NCBI GenBank assembly: GCA_965240325.2
Contig: OZ251228.1
Span: 1,302,001-1,366,000 of the forward strand
Origin: Rebecca billardiae RCC1528
Taxonomy: Eukaryota > Protista > Haptophyta
DNA length: 64,000 nt
Reading direction: 5' to 3'
The notes under the pieces were generated by a model that made no database searches, was not told the DNA's origin, and worked only from the letters and a program-made list of their open reading frames with translations. The stretch's first letter is position 1, and the number at the start of each line of letters is the position of its first letter. Position numbers and translations under genes: made by a program. Shown here one piece after another: positions 21,212 to 32,554 of this stretch.

Positions 21212-22933
21212 ATGGCGCGCGAGGAGCGGGCGAAGAAGCCGCCGAAAGAGGAGCGGCGGAAGGAGGAGAAGAAGCGGAGCAAGTCAGTGGAGCGTCCCCG
21301 CCGCACCAAGGACAAGGAGCCGGACGACGACCGCGCACGTCGGCGCGAGGAGCGTGCGCGTCGGCGCGAGGAGAAGCTGCACGCGCTCAAGGCCGCAGCC
21401 GCCGAGCCAGGCGCCGCCGTGCAGTTCATCGACAACGGCGCGGCAGCCGAGGCCGCCGCGCCGCGCCCGCCGCCCTCTGCGCCACCGACCACGGCCGGCG
21501 GCTTCACCGACGCGGGCCGCCCGCCGCTCCTTGAGATCGACGAGTACGCGTACAGCCGTGAGCTGGCCGCGCTGCACGGCGCGCTCAACGGCCCGATCGC
21601 GCTGAAGCGGCGCGAGCTCGCGAACGTGGCGCAGCGGGTGGAGGCGAACATCGAGCGCGTGCAAGCCGCGCGCGGCGCGATCGAGCGCGAGACACGCGCC
21701 GACGCCGACGGCATCCTGCAGCGGCTGCGCGTGCACGAGCGCTCGAAGCTCGCCGTCCTTCAGACCGAGCTCGCGCGCGCGCTGGCGCAGCTGCGGGACA
21801 TCGACGAGTTCTCGGGCGAGGTGCTGAGCAGCGCGATGGCGAGCACGCCGGTGGAGAAGCGGGCCGTCGCGCCGCGCCTCCAGGCGCTCGCCGACCAGGG
21901 CGCTCGGCTCGCGGCGATGGCGGTGGACCCGCCCTCACTGATTGACCACGACGACTTGCCTCAGGAAACGCGCGAGCGGCAGCGGCTGCTCAGCCGGCAC
22001 GAGGCGCTGGAGGGGGTGCTGCGCGTGAAGGACGCGATGTGCTGGACGCTGCTGCGCGAGCGGCAGGGCAACGCCGAGCGCGCCTCGCCCTCGCCCTCCC
22101 CGCGCACGGCCGACCTCGACGCACGCGCCGCGGACGAGATTGGTCGGCGCGCGGTGGCGGACGCGGAGCGCGCGGCTGTCGAGGCGGAGGTGGCGGCTGC
22201 CGAGGAGCGGGTCAGGGAGGAGGTGGCGGAGGAGTACGAGGCGGAGATGGCGGAGTGGAGCACGCTGGCGGAGGAGCAGGGGCGGCAGCTGCAGGCGAGC
22301 CACCAGGAGGTGCAGCGCCTGCGCTCGGAGAACGAGCGCCTGCGCGCGCTGCTCGGCGCGACCGCGTCGGGTCCGCCAGCCTGCGGCAGCAGCGGGGCGC
22401 TCGCAGCGGGCGCGTCACCGCCTGCGCCGCACACGCGAGCCAGCTTCCCCGCCCCGGCGCAGCCCGCTGAGCCGCCGTCCGGAGGTTCCACGTGGATGCC
22501 GACGCCGACGAGTGGTGCGGCATTCACCGCGCAGCACGCCGCCGATGAAGCCGCCGCTGCAGCCCTGGGCGCGTACGCGCAGCCAGCGCAAGGCGTCAGC
22601 GCAGCGCCCGGCCCCGCGCAGCTCGAGCACGGCCGGGCGCGGCCCGCCGACGCCGCATGCACACACTTCGTGCCGACGACGAGCACGATGGCGGCGGACT
22701 TTGGCGCGGGTTCGCCTCTTGGCCCGTGCGAGACCTACGCCGCCGCCGCCGCGCCGTACCCTGCCGCTGCCACGTATCATCCGACGCCCTCGACCACGCC
22801 GATGGCGGCTGTTGCCCAGGCCGCGTCGCTGCCAGCAGCGTCGATTCCGCTTCATCTCGCTTCCCTGGGTAGTCAACTACCCCAGCTGACCACGACACCA
22901 GCAGACCCAGCAGTCGTGGCGGCTCACTATTGA
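21212..22933 (+). CDS. Coiled-coil protein of unknown function
   Basis: 573-aa ORF with coding-type GC3 bias. Basic N-terminus, long heptad-rich centre, Ala/Pro tail. Confidence 0.8.
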   Translation: MAREERAKKPPKEERRKEEKKRSKSVERPRRTKDKEPDDDRARRREERARRREEKLHALKAAAAEPGAAVQFIDNGAAAEAAAPRPPPSAPPTTAGGFTDAGRPPLLEIDEYAYSRELAALHGALNGPIALKRRELANVAQRVEANIERVQAARGAIERETRADADGILQRLRVHERSKLAVLQTELARALAQLRDIDEFSGEVLSSAMASTPVEKRAVAPRLQALADQGARLAAMAVDPPSLIDHDDLPQETRERQRLLSRHEALEGVLRVKDAMCWTLLRERQGNAERASPSPSPRTADLDARAADEIGRRAVADAERAAVEAEVAAAEERVREEVAEEYEAEMAEWSTLAEEQGRQLQASHQEVQRLRSENERLRALLGATASGPPACGSSGALAAGASPPAPHTRASFPAPAQPAEPPSGGSTWMPTPTSGAAFTAQHAADEAAAAALGAYAQPAQGVSAAPGPAQLEHGRARPADAACTHFVPTTSTMAADFGAGSPLGPCETYAAAAAPYPAAATYHPTPSTTPMAAVAQAASLPAASIPLHLASLGSQLPQLTTTPADPAVVAAHY

Positions 22934-23161
22934 CGACGACTGGTCTGACGGAACGCGGTACTGTACGCACGGCGTACCCTGTCAACCCTGTGTTCTCAGA
23001 CAGCAGACAACTTGAGGCTTCGATCTCAACTAGTACATCAGTTGAGTGACGACCGTAAGCTACTGATAAAATCTGACGAATTACGACGACTGACTCGCGA
23101 GACTCACCGAGTTGACACTTGACTCATGACTGTCATCTCGCGTCGACAATATAAATATGTA

Positions 23162-24459
23162 ATGGCCCGCGGTGCAGGGCGGAGCGCGCAGCGTGGAGCC
23201 CGCACCAGCGGGCCCGAACCACGTTTCAAAAAGATCTTTGATCAAGAAAAAAGGGACGGGGGGCGGCGGAAAAAAAGGGACGGGGGGCGATTTTTAGGGC
23301 TGGCGGAGACCGAGTTTCGAGTTTTTGAGATCGCATTGAGAGGTCTATCAGGCCAAAAAAAACCGCGCCCAGCTGATTCCCTTAAGTAAAGTGCGATCTG
23401 GACGTCAGCTGGACGTGACATTAGTGTAACGGTTCGTTACGAGCGAATCGTACTCGTCTTCCCGGATCGCGTGACGTCCGGACTGGGCCACATCCGGATC
23501 GTCGGAGGTGACGTGCCCCGGCACGATGGGCGATGCGGCGGATATGCGGGACGGCGCCTGCACGTGCCTCCGGACCCGCCTCCCGCTTGCTGCTCACGCA
23601 GTCAGCTGCGACCGTGGCGCATGATCGCAGAAGTAGTGCCGGCAGTACGGCCTGCATCAGCTAGTGCCGCGCCGTCGTGGCGCGCGCGGTACGGTTGCGC
23701 GTTTGCAGCGCTCGCCGCTCGGCGTGACGGCACGCGCGTGCGGCTCAGGTGTGTCAAATGCGGTCTCGTCGGCGCGCTTTCGCCTGCCACCTCGTGCACC
23801 CGTGCCGCCAGTTTCATCGTCTTCATGAGGACTGCTGCTGCTGTCGCCATCCGCTCTCCATCACCCCGAGTCGCCGGTCGCGCGGCGCGCGCGGTAGGCA
23901 CTAGGCAGGGCGTACGGTCACTCACCCGTGCAACGGGTCAAGTGGCCAGAGTACGTCTGGTCGTTGGCTGGCACGGGCCGCAGCGCTAAAGCACCCTGCT
24001 GTCACACCCGACTCCTTCAGTACTCCGAGCTCCGCGGCACGACTACTCGGCACGATCGCGGACGGGTCGGATCCGAGCTGATCAGCCAGAGTTGGACACA
24101 GTAACAGTTTGGCAGCTACTAGTAGTAATTCCGATGCCGATGGCACGATCGCGGACGGGTCGGATCCGAGCTGATCAGCCAGTTGGACATTTGGCAGCTA
24201 GTTGTCAGACGGACGTCCGATTTGACGACCGGTGCCGGGTGCGGTCTCAGGTCCGCTGCTGTGATTGTGTGAAGTGTGAATGAGTCTCGCGGTCGCGCAG
24301 GCTGACAGGGCGACGGTCGGACTAATATAGCTTCAGTCATCTCAGAACCGACTTCAACTGGCGAACTGCCACTACGGCGGAGAGCCGCGATTGCACGGCC
24401 ACCGCGGGCCCCCAACTGCGTTGATTCTATGCAGAAAAGGACCGCGGAACGCGGTCATA
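23162..24459 (+). mobile_element. Non-autonomous Helitron2/Helentron-like element A
   Basis: The 5' end ATGGCCCGCGGTGCA folds into a 5' hairpin. A subterminal inverted copy CACCGCGGGCC lies at ~24400-24410, and a 3' hairpin GACCGCG-GAA-CGCGGTC at 24440-24456. Both ends are shared with element B. Confidence 0.75.
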
Positions 24460-25059
24460 TAATAATAATAAGTCTTACTAAATTTTCGGATTCTCGCCAT
24501 TCTCGGCTCGTCAACTATGGGTTCAAACCAGTTTCCAGGTCTCTCTTCGGAGAGCGTGCGATGAAGGATGGCGCGGCAACCTGCCACCGTGAGCCTTACG
24601 CACGTTGTTAAAAACAAATTGAAACTGTACTAGCTCAATCAGCAATGATGCCATATGATATTGCGATATTATTCTAGCTATATGCAGATTATGCTGACAA
24701 TGATCAGACTGATGTGTCAGTGATGTCAGCACTGCACAGTACTAACTGCACAGACTCTCAACTCATTACTCATAGCAACGTAACTAGGCAGCATTGATTG
24801 ACCGTGACGCGACTGTCCGGTGTCCCGTCGGTCCGCGTCGATCGACCCGCGACGCCGCGTCGTCGACAGACGACAGTCGACACGGACACGGCCTTAGTTC
24901 GTACTAGTAGTGACGACGCCTGACGCCCTGACGGCCTGACGGCGGTTGTTATAATTTAATTATATATATATAAATTTAATAAATTATTTCGACTCAACGG
25001 TGCTGCTAGCTACAGCTAGCTAGTACTTAGTAGTACTGCGACATCCATTTAAGCTAGTT

Positions 25060-27484
25060 ATGGCCCGCGGTGCAGGGCGGAGCGCGTAGCGTGGAGCCCC
25101 GCCGGGGGCCCTCACTACGTTGTCAAAAAGATCTTTTGATCAAAGAAAAGGGGATGGGGGACGATTTTGAGGGCTGTTGGAGGGCCGGCGGTGAGTTTTC
25201 GATTTTTCGAGGGGTACGTTGGCCCATAGTGCTCTGCATTAGCAACTACGCGCTTGACGAAATAAGCGCGCCCACGCCATTCCGCATAAGTCGATGGACG
25301 GACGTGGGATCAGATACCCCGGGGGTGAAACAAGTGAGTATTTTTGTCCTTCTTGTATGCTGGAGTACGAGTTTGCCGAGCGACGTTTGATTGTTTTGGG
25401 TCGAAAACAGCTATGAGGCCAGATTCTTTTGAATAGCGCTTGCGAAAAGAAGTTACCCGCCTGTCTCGATGGATGAACCGCCTCATGGTATTGAAGAGAT
25501 TCTTTTGAATAGCGCTTTTAAACCAAGTTACCCACCTGTCTCGTTGGATGAACCTCCTCATCATATTGAAGAGATTCTTTTGAATAGCGCTATTTAAAGC
25601 CAGTTACCCGCTTGCCTCGATGGATGAACCGCCTTGATAATATTGAAAGATATTCTTTTGAATAGCGCTTGTCACAACCAAGTTACCCGCCTGTCAGCTG
25701 TCTCGTGCTCGCGAGCGGCGCGACGACATCGGCCCGAGCGAGGATGCCGCCTTCAAAGGCGCGCGCACCGAGTGCGTGCGCGACGGGTGCCGGCCGGCCG
25801 CTGGTCTCGACCTATCGCCCTCGGCCCTCCCCGAGCGCGCCTGCAGGTACCTCCGGACGCGCATTCGGCTTGCTCACTCGATCAGCTCACTCACAGCTGC
25901 CGGTCACGCAGCCGCGCGGCGGCCCCGCCGCCCCGCGACCAGGTCCGCGGCCCAAAGTGTGTGTGCGCGCCGCGCCGGTGCCCTCGCGCCGGTGGCGTGG
26001 GCTGGCTGGCCGCTGGTCTCGCCCACGCGCCCCACTCGCCCCAAGCGCGCAACGCCTGCGGGAAGCGCCGGCACCATACCTACCTAACCTGCGCGTCGAC
26101 GCCCGTCCCGCCGCGGCCCGCGCCTCGATCGATCGTCGATCGGACCGCGTGCGTGCGACTCCGTCCGCGCCCGCGCGCAGGGTGGGAGGGGCTGGTGCAG
26201 GAGCAGATGCAGGACTACCTCGAAATTGCACGCGACGAGGAGGTGCCCAGCGCGCACTTTACGCTGCGCGCATCATCGAGTGGTCGCCCAGCGAGCGCGG
26301 CAGCTGGCCACCGGGCCGGCTGACGGCGGGCGCAGCTGCCAGCTGCGGACGCGCAGCGGGCGCGGAGTGGAAGCCGGCGCAGCGGCCGGGCAGCGGCGGC
26401 CGGCGCGGCAGCACGCTCGTATACATCGCGGCAGCTACCGCCGTCGTGCGGGGAAAGCACACGCTCTCGGCGGCTTCCAAGATGCCGACGGGCCACGGCG
26501 TGCACTCCGTGCAGGCTGCGTGCGCGCTGCAGTGGCTGTGTCGAGCTGCTGCGGCGTGTGCTCGAGGCGCGGCGCTCGCACGGGCTACGCGGGCGCAGCG
26601 GGTGCGCGCAGCTGGCGCACGCAGTGCCACGTCCTGCGGCGCCAGTTTGACGGCCGTCCGCCCCCCCGAGCTCGAGTTCTGCGCGCTTTGCGACGGCGCG
26701 GCCGGCAGCGCCCATCTGCCTGCTTGCTTGGGCACGCCAGCATGTCTGCCGCCGGGCCTGCTGCGCGCGCCGAAGCTGGAGGGCGGAGGAGGGCGCTGGG
26801 CTGCTCCTACGGCGTGCTGCAGCCCGGGCAGGCTCTACCGCGGCGCGGCGAGGCCGTCGCGCCTGCTCGCCGCCGTCGAGTCGCCCGTGCTGCGTGACCC
26901 TCGGCCGCACGTGCTCGCTCGGCGGCACCGCAGCAGGCGTCCCATACCACGGTATGCTCGAGCCGCTGTGCGCACCCAAGGCGCGAGCTGCTCGAGCGGG
27001 CCAGGTGGGCCCGCAGGGGGTGCGCGCAGCTGGCACACGCAGCCCCGCGTCATGGGGTGTCGGTTTGACGGTCGCCAGCCCCTGTGGGCTCGAGCGCTGT
27101 GCGCTTCACCACGGAGGTGCTGGCAGCGCCCCGCGGCGCGCAACGGCGGGGCAGCATGGCCGCCGCCGGCGCCGCCGCACATGCCGCCGCTTACGGGCAG
27201 TCGAGAGCTTGGGGCAGCACCTACGGCGCATGCTGCAGCCTCGGGGCGGGCTCTGCCAGCCTGCTGTGGCGTGATAATCGCGCATATTTTCCAGACCGTC
27301 GACTCGCCCGCGCTGCATAATATTCCATTATTCGTTTGCCGCGCGTGCTCGACGGCGCTCCGCGCTGCTGCTGCCGCTACGGCCGCGCGTTGGACGGACA
27401 GCATATGCCGACGGAGGGTGCACCGCGGGCCCCTAGCTACGTTGGTTCTACGGAACTCGGAAGGACCGCGGAACGCGGTCATAG
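25060..27484 (+). mobile_element. Non-autonomous Helitron2/Helentron-like element B with cargo
   Basis: Same ~120-bp 5' end as A. Perfect 13-bp asymmetric inverted repeat TGCACCGCGGGCC at 27419-27431. Identical 3' hairpin at 27464-27480. The interior is unrelated to A. Confidence 0.78.
25421..25695. repeat. AT-rich tandem repeat, ~76-bp unit x3.6
   Basis: Units start near 25421, 25497, 25572 and 25648. ATTCTTTTGAATAGCGCT and AGTTACCC are conserved. Confidence 0.92.
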
Positions 27485-27770
27485 TGTCAATGTCACGATG
27501 CAGACGACAGCTTAATGAGCAGCAGCTGCCACGTTACAATTTGCCGACGAATTACCGCCGAGTGCCCCGAGTCCGAGAGGGGGCTCGCCTTACCCGTGGG
27601 GCCCGGTGGTGACGTGGTGTAGCCCGCACTCGGCACTGATGATTCGTTCGCGTCACCGTCGTCGAATTCGCAAATTGATGAAAAGTCGTGCTGATTCGCC
27701 AGGACGAGCGCTCAGCCGGCCATGCTCACTCCGAGCTGGTGTCGCTGAGCCCAGCCAGGGCCGCGATAGC

Positions 27771-28403
27771 TCAATACAGGCCACTGGTTGGCGCAGGCCG
27801 CGCAGCCTCAGCTGGCTGGGTAAAGGCCTGCACTGTCGCCGTGCGACGCGGTCCAAGGGCCTCTCTTAGTCCGTACGTGCCCACGAGGAGGAGTGCAACG
27901 AGTGCGAAGAGCCCGGCCATGTCGAGCCACCTCGCGTGGATGTGCAGCACAAATTCTAAGTGTTGGCTCTCTGCGATAGACTTGGCCGCGATGCGGGTCG
28001 CGTTGGCCTCTGTTGGGTGCACCTCGCAATGGCGCGGCCGGCCGCATTGCCAGGCGCAACAGCCGCAGGAGCACCACCAGAGATAGCTTTTCAATGGGTG
28101 CTCGTAGCGATGTGTCTTGGCGCACTGGTGCAAGCGCATACACCGGCGCTTCAGGCAGCGCCCGCACGACCACCGCCAGTGATGGAGCTCGATCGTCGAT
28201 TCGTCGCTGCGCTCCTCAGGCGATGTATTGTTGCGGTTGCGGGATGGGGGCGGTGGCGATGGGGGCGGTGGACTCGGCGGGCTCGGAGGAGATGGTGGCT
28301 CAAGTGGCGCCGAGGGTGCGAGCGCCACCGCGGAGCACACAAGTGCCCAGCAGACCATCGTCGTTGGCGCCACGGGCGGGCAGCTGCGCGCGCGCCTGAG
28401 CAT
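27771..28403 (-). CDS. Small type-I membrane protein (signal peptide, Ser/Pro linker, Cys-rich domain, TM)
   Basis: MVCWALVCSAVALA leader (ATG 28358; upstream ATG 28403), SPPP repeats, nine Cys in ~50 aa and a hydrophobic AGLFALVALLLVGTY segment. Confidence 0.65.
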   Translation of the reverse strand: MLRRARSCPPVAPTTMVCWALVCSAVALAPSAPLEPPSPPSPPSPPPPSPPPPSRNRNNTSPEERSDESTIELHHWRWSCGRCLKRRCMRLHQCAKTHRYEHPLKSYLWWCSCGCCAWQCGRPRHCEVHPTEANATRIAAKSIAESQHLEFVLHIHARWLDMAGLFALVALLLVGTYGLREALGPRRTATVQAFTQPAEAARPAPTSGLY

Positions 28404-28480
28404 CGGATTCAAGTGACGAGTGGCTTGCTCAGTCAGGGATGCGAGCGAGCGCGCGGCACCGGCACTGTTCGCAAATCAGC

Positions 28481-29137
28481 ATGGCGACTTGGCCCGCCGT
28501 GCCCGCCCACTACCGCGATGCTGCGACCGGAGCTCTGCGTCCGCCGACCCCTCCCGAGCCGAACGCAAAGTACGCGGTGTACGGTGAGCAGTTTCCGCAA
28601 CCCCCGCCCAGCGCACCACCCGTCGCCGCTGACGCCTCCGCGGCCGAGGACGTGTGCAAGGGCATGCGCGACCTGAACGCAGCATTCACAGAGTCGTATG
28701 TCGACCTGCTCACGTGCATGGCCACGGCGCCGAGCAGCACCTACGAGCTGCAGCTCAAGGCTCAGCACATGGAGGAGGTGATGCGCTCCATCCAGCACGC
28801 TTTGGCGAATGAGGGGCGCGCGCAGCAAGCCCACGACGAAATCGTGTCCGCCCTGCGCGGGCAAGCGGCGCGCAAGCGTGAGCTCGTGCGTGCGCTGGAC
28901 GACGTGGTCGACTTGGCGGAGAGTCGGCTGCGCAACCTCGCAGATCGCGCGTCCACCTCCTCGGCAGCTCCAACAGAGCACGAAGCGCGTGCGGTCACGG
29001 ATGGTGACGCCAGGGGCAACGCATCAGACATGCCTGTCAACTGCGATGGTTGCATCCCGCCCGACCCCGCCGTCCGCGCACAATTGGCTCTGCAGGCAGT
29101 GGCCGACGGACTCCGCGCCGTCACTGGCCAGCCATGA
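28481..29137 (+). CDS. MED7: Mediator complex subunit 7
   Basis: WPAVPAHY..LRPPTPP..YAVYG N-terminus, then MRDLN....YVDLL..M...P and IQHAL.NE.RAQQAHDEI, which fit the Med7 pattern from memory. Confidence 0.75.
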   Translation: MATWPAVPAHYRDAATGALRPPTPPEPNAKYAVYGEQFPQPPPSAPPVAADASAAEDVCKGMRDLNAAFTESYVDLLTCMATAPSSTYELQLKAQHMEEVMRSIQHALANEGRAQQAHDEIVSALRGQAARKRELVRALDDVVDLAESRLRNLADRASTSSAAPTEHEARAVTDGDARGNASDMPVNCDGCIPPDPAVRAQLALQAVADGLRAVTGQP

Positions 29138-31109
29138 TGATGGTCTGCGGCGATAGGGCCTCTGGGCGGACCGTATGTAGATGGCCACTGCTGTACTCAA
29201 CCGTACTCAACGCCGGCGGCCGCGAGGGCCCGGCCCAGGCGCCAGTCCCGAGTCCGGACCACTTTCAACTTGTCCGACTTGAAGAACTTGTGGGGCGGCA
29301 GGCGGCGCCATCGTGCCAGCACCTCGTCATGGAGTACTTGTGCGGAGGTGCGCACCGCCACGTCCCCCGGGCCCGTGGTCGCACAGCCTTGGTCACCGCG
29401 CGCGTTCGAGCGCGTGGCGATGAACCCTTTCCCACGCGCCGCACCACCCGCCGCCGCGCCCCATCGCTTCAGAGTGCGGCCTTGTCAACGACATTCAACC
29501 AAACCATCCGATCCGCTGCCGGCAGTGCGGATACCGCATCCTGTACAAGCTGCGCACCAAGCGATGTATGCGCCGCGCTTTGCGCGTGCGCAGCTGCGCT
29601 GTTTTTGGCACCCTGCTCACGCGCGCATGCCGCGCGTGCTTCGTCATGCCCGTGTGTGCGCAGTGATCCAGTTTGAGGCGAGGTGACGCTCCTGCACCGT
29701 CGGCGAGCCCTAGGGGCTTTTTCAGCGGGGGCGCGCGGAGACCCACCAAAAGCCCTTCGGAGTGCTATCACTATCGTCGAGGACACGAGCTCGGGCTGGT
29801 CGCGCTTGTCACTGTCCATTCTTTCTTCGGCTCGTGGCTCACAGGCTCGCTCAGTCAGTCATGGCCATCACCAGTGGGAGTCCTGACGGAGTGACGGACC
29901 GCGACATGGTCATCGTGACGGACTGACGACTGGCACGTCGGAACGAACGACGAGAATGCTGTTGCCAAAGGTTGTCGTTACAAGAAGTACCGAGCCGGGC
30001 GAGCTGCGCGCCGCGGCGCCGTCGGAAGCCTGGCCGAATCGGACCGTCTAGCGGCACTGGCGCGGTCACTCCGCGCCCGGCCGGGCGGGTGGCCGAGACT
30101 CCGCGACTCCGCGGTATAGGCCAGCGGTAACTGAATCGGCACTGTGACTGAATGGCGGACTGACTGGCCCCGCCGGTCAGTGGCGGGCCGGTCACCGCGT
30201 GACCGTGGCCGGGCGGCGCGGTCAGTGCCGAGTGCGCTGACTCAGTCACCGCCGTGATCCAGTCACTCAGTCTCACACTGACTCGGGCCCGTGGCCGAGT
30301 GCCCCCCGCCCCCGGACGGTGGCACCGTCGGACTCGGACCGTCCGCGTCGCAGACTCTGAGCGCCGGTCACTCCGAGTGCGCGCGCTGCCATCCGGGAGA
30401 CGGTCCCGCCGTCCCGATCTGTCTGTATGACTGTATCATACTGTAGCTACGGTATTTATCGTCGATCTGATGATAGTCGATCTAATCTGAAGCCTTCGCC
30501 GTGCACGGATTCCCGGCGGGCTCACTCCCGACCGAGTCCAAGCAATCCCCGCGCGGCCAGGCCGCGCGGTGGCAGGCTCACTGTGACGGGCGTGGTGACG
30601 GGGCGCGGCCGGGCGGATACTCATATGCCGCCATTATGCGGTCCGTCGTCGCGGGTCCGCGAGTGCGACTGCTGCGCGAGTGCCGGCCACTGACACTGTC
30701 CTACTGACGGGCTACTGGCATCGTACTACTACTCGGCCACGTGACGCCCGGGGCCGGGCACGCGGCCACGAAGCTGTCGAAGCTCGGAAGCTCCTACGGC
30801 TCAGAGGTTACCATCAGCAATCAATTGCGCGCAGATTAAAGCTGCGCTACTAAGTTCTGTACATCATCAGCTGCTAATTAAGTATAAGTCTAGAGTAGTA
30901 CGTAGTAGTAGCAGTAGCAGTAGTAGTAGTACTATGATACGGAAATCTTTCTCATCTAAGATAGACTAATAAGTTACTATTCTAAGGCTAACCGTGAGTT
31001 CGATTACTGCTGCTAGCAGATAATTTCCGCGCGTCTTCATCGTCGTCCGACTAACGTCGAAAAGTCCTAGATGAAGCGCATAGGGCTGGCGTCAGTCAAG
31101 TGGCAAGTG

Positions 31110-32478
31110 CTAAGACTTCGAGTCTCCGCCCTCATCGGGACTCTGCCTCTCGTCCAGGGTCAGCTGATCATCGCCCCCGGCCCCGGCGGGCGCTCGAGAT
31201 AACCGCCGCCGGGCCCGTCGAGGACGAGGCAGCCTGTGGCTGCTAGCAGGCTGCTTTGTCGACGTCGGCGACGGCAGGCCACGATCACCAATGCGGGCAA
31301 AGGCGGTGCCATCGGCCGCTGGCGACTCGGCGAGCGCAGCGTCCATGAGGGCCACCGTGAACAGCTCGCCCCATCCCTTGCTGGGCCCCGAGCAGTGCAC
31401 CCAGCATGGCCAAGATGACTCCCGTGGCGCGTGCCACACCTGGCTGCGGAACGGGCCGCGCGTGGGCGCCAGCGCCTGGCTCAGGTTGAACTCGAGCCGC
31501 GTGCCGCGCACCACGCCACGGTGGGCCATCTTGGGGCACGTCATGAAGAGGTCAGCCATGTGGTCGAAGTGCACGTGCGGCCCTTTGGCGTCGCGGTGGT
31601 ACCCCGCGGCGACGTACGTGTGGATGCACCGCTGGTCGTTCCAGCAATCCGTCTCGTTCCGGTCGGGGCCGGCGTATTGCGGGTCGACGAAGCGCATGCC
31701 CAGCGGGCAGCACCATGTCCACGGCCGCGAGCCGCTCAGTGGCCCCTCCCACTCCGTGCGCATGCGCAGCAGGAAGCGGAGAACGTCGCGCGCGCGCCCG
31801 GCGTACTGCCCGGTGTTGCCGTATCGCAGTGGCGTGGGCGACGGCGGGTACGGGTTGGGCACGTGCTGCAGCGCGACCAGCCGCAGCAGCGAGTCGTAAG
31901 GCCACATGTGGAACTCGGCCGCATGCACGATGCCACCGCCAAGCGCGTTGAATTTGGCCGTGAGCTCAGCGCGGTCGCACATGAGGTAGGCGTCGGTGCA
32001 GTCGGCGAAGAAAACGAGCGAGTCCGGATGGATCGCCCCGGAAGACAAGACGTTGTACACCCTGGCGCACCGGGAGGAAAGACGGGAGGAGAGACGGCTG
32101 GCGGTGTCAGGGCAGCGCACAGCGGCGCAAGCGGACGCTCGACCGCCGGCGTCGGGCGGCGCACCAGATGTACTTGTCCATCAAGAAGAAGGAGTGGGAC
32201 GTGAGCTTCTGCGCGCAAAACGGGCTCCGCAGGCATTCCTTTTGCCGTCGAGACTGGCCGGGGAACTCGTCCTCTGCACTCAAGTGGCCGATCACATAGT
32301 CGAGCGATGCTCGCTCGAGCGAGAAGAGCAGCGGCGCGCACTGCTCCCGCCAGTCCGGCTTGTCGAAGTAGGTGAGAGTGACGATGGAAGGCTCGCGAGA
32401 GAGCGAGCGCGTGGAGTGCAGGATCACGCCCGTGGCGACACGCGCGAGCACGTCGACGACGAGCGCAAGCGTCGACAT
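31110..32478 (-). CDS. PLOD-type (procollagen glycosyltransferase domain-like) protein; intron 32062-32164
   Basis: LVFFADCTD, IVHAAEFHMWP, YP..PTPLRYGNTGQYAGRA and NDQ motifs resemble the PLOD GT domain. The splice joins KYIW to VYNV in frame. Confidence 0.75.
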
Positions 32479-32554
32479 GGTCAAGTTCAGGTCGGCCGGT
32501 GCCGCGCATCCGCCGCCATCGTTCTCCGTTGACTGTTACGACATATTGTAGCTA

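Noticed and set aside
25669-27612. 647-aa ORF as a Rep/helicase or Fanzor gene of element B
   Set aside because: It is an Ala/Arg/Pro-rich translation with no HUH, helicase, RuvC or zinc-ribbon motif visible.
29270-29890. Gene downstream of MED7
   Set aside because: No consistent frame, codon bias or motif.
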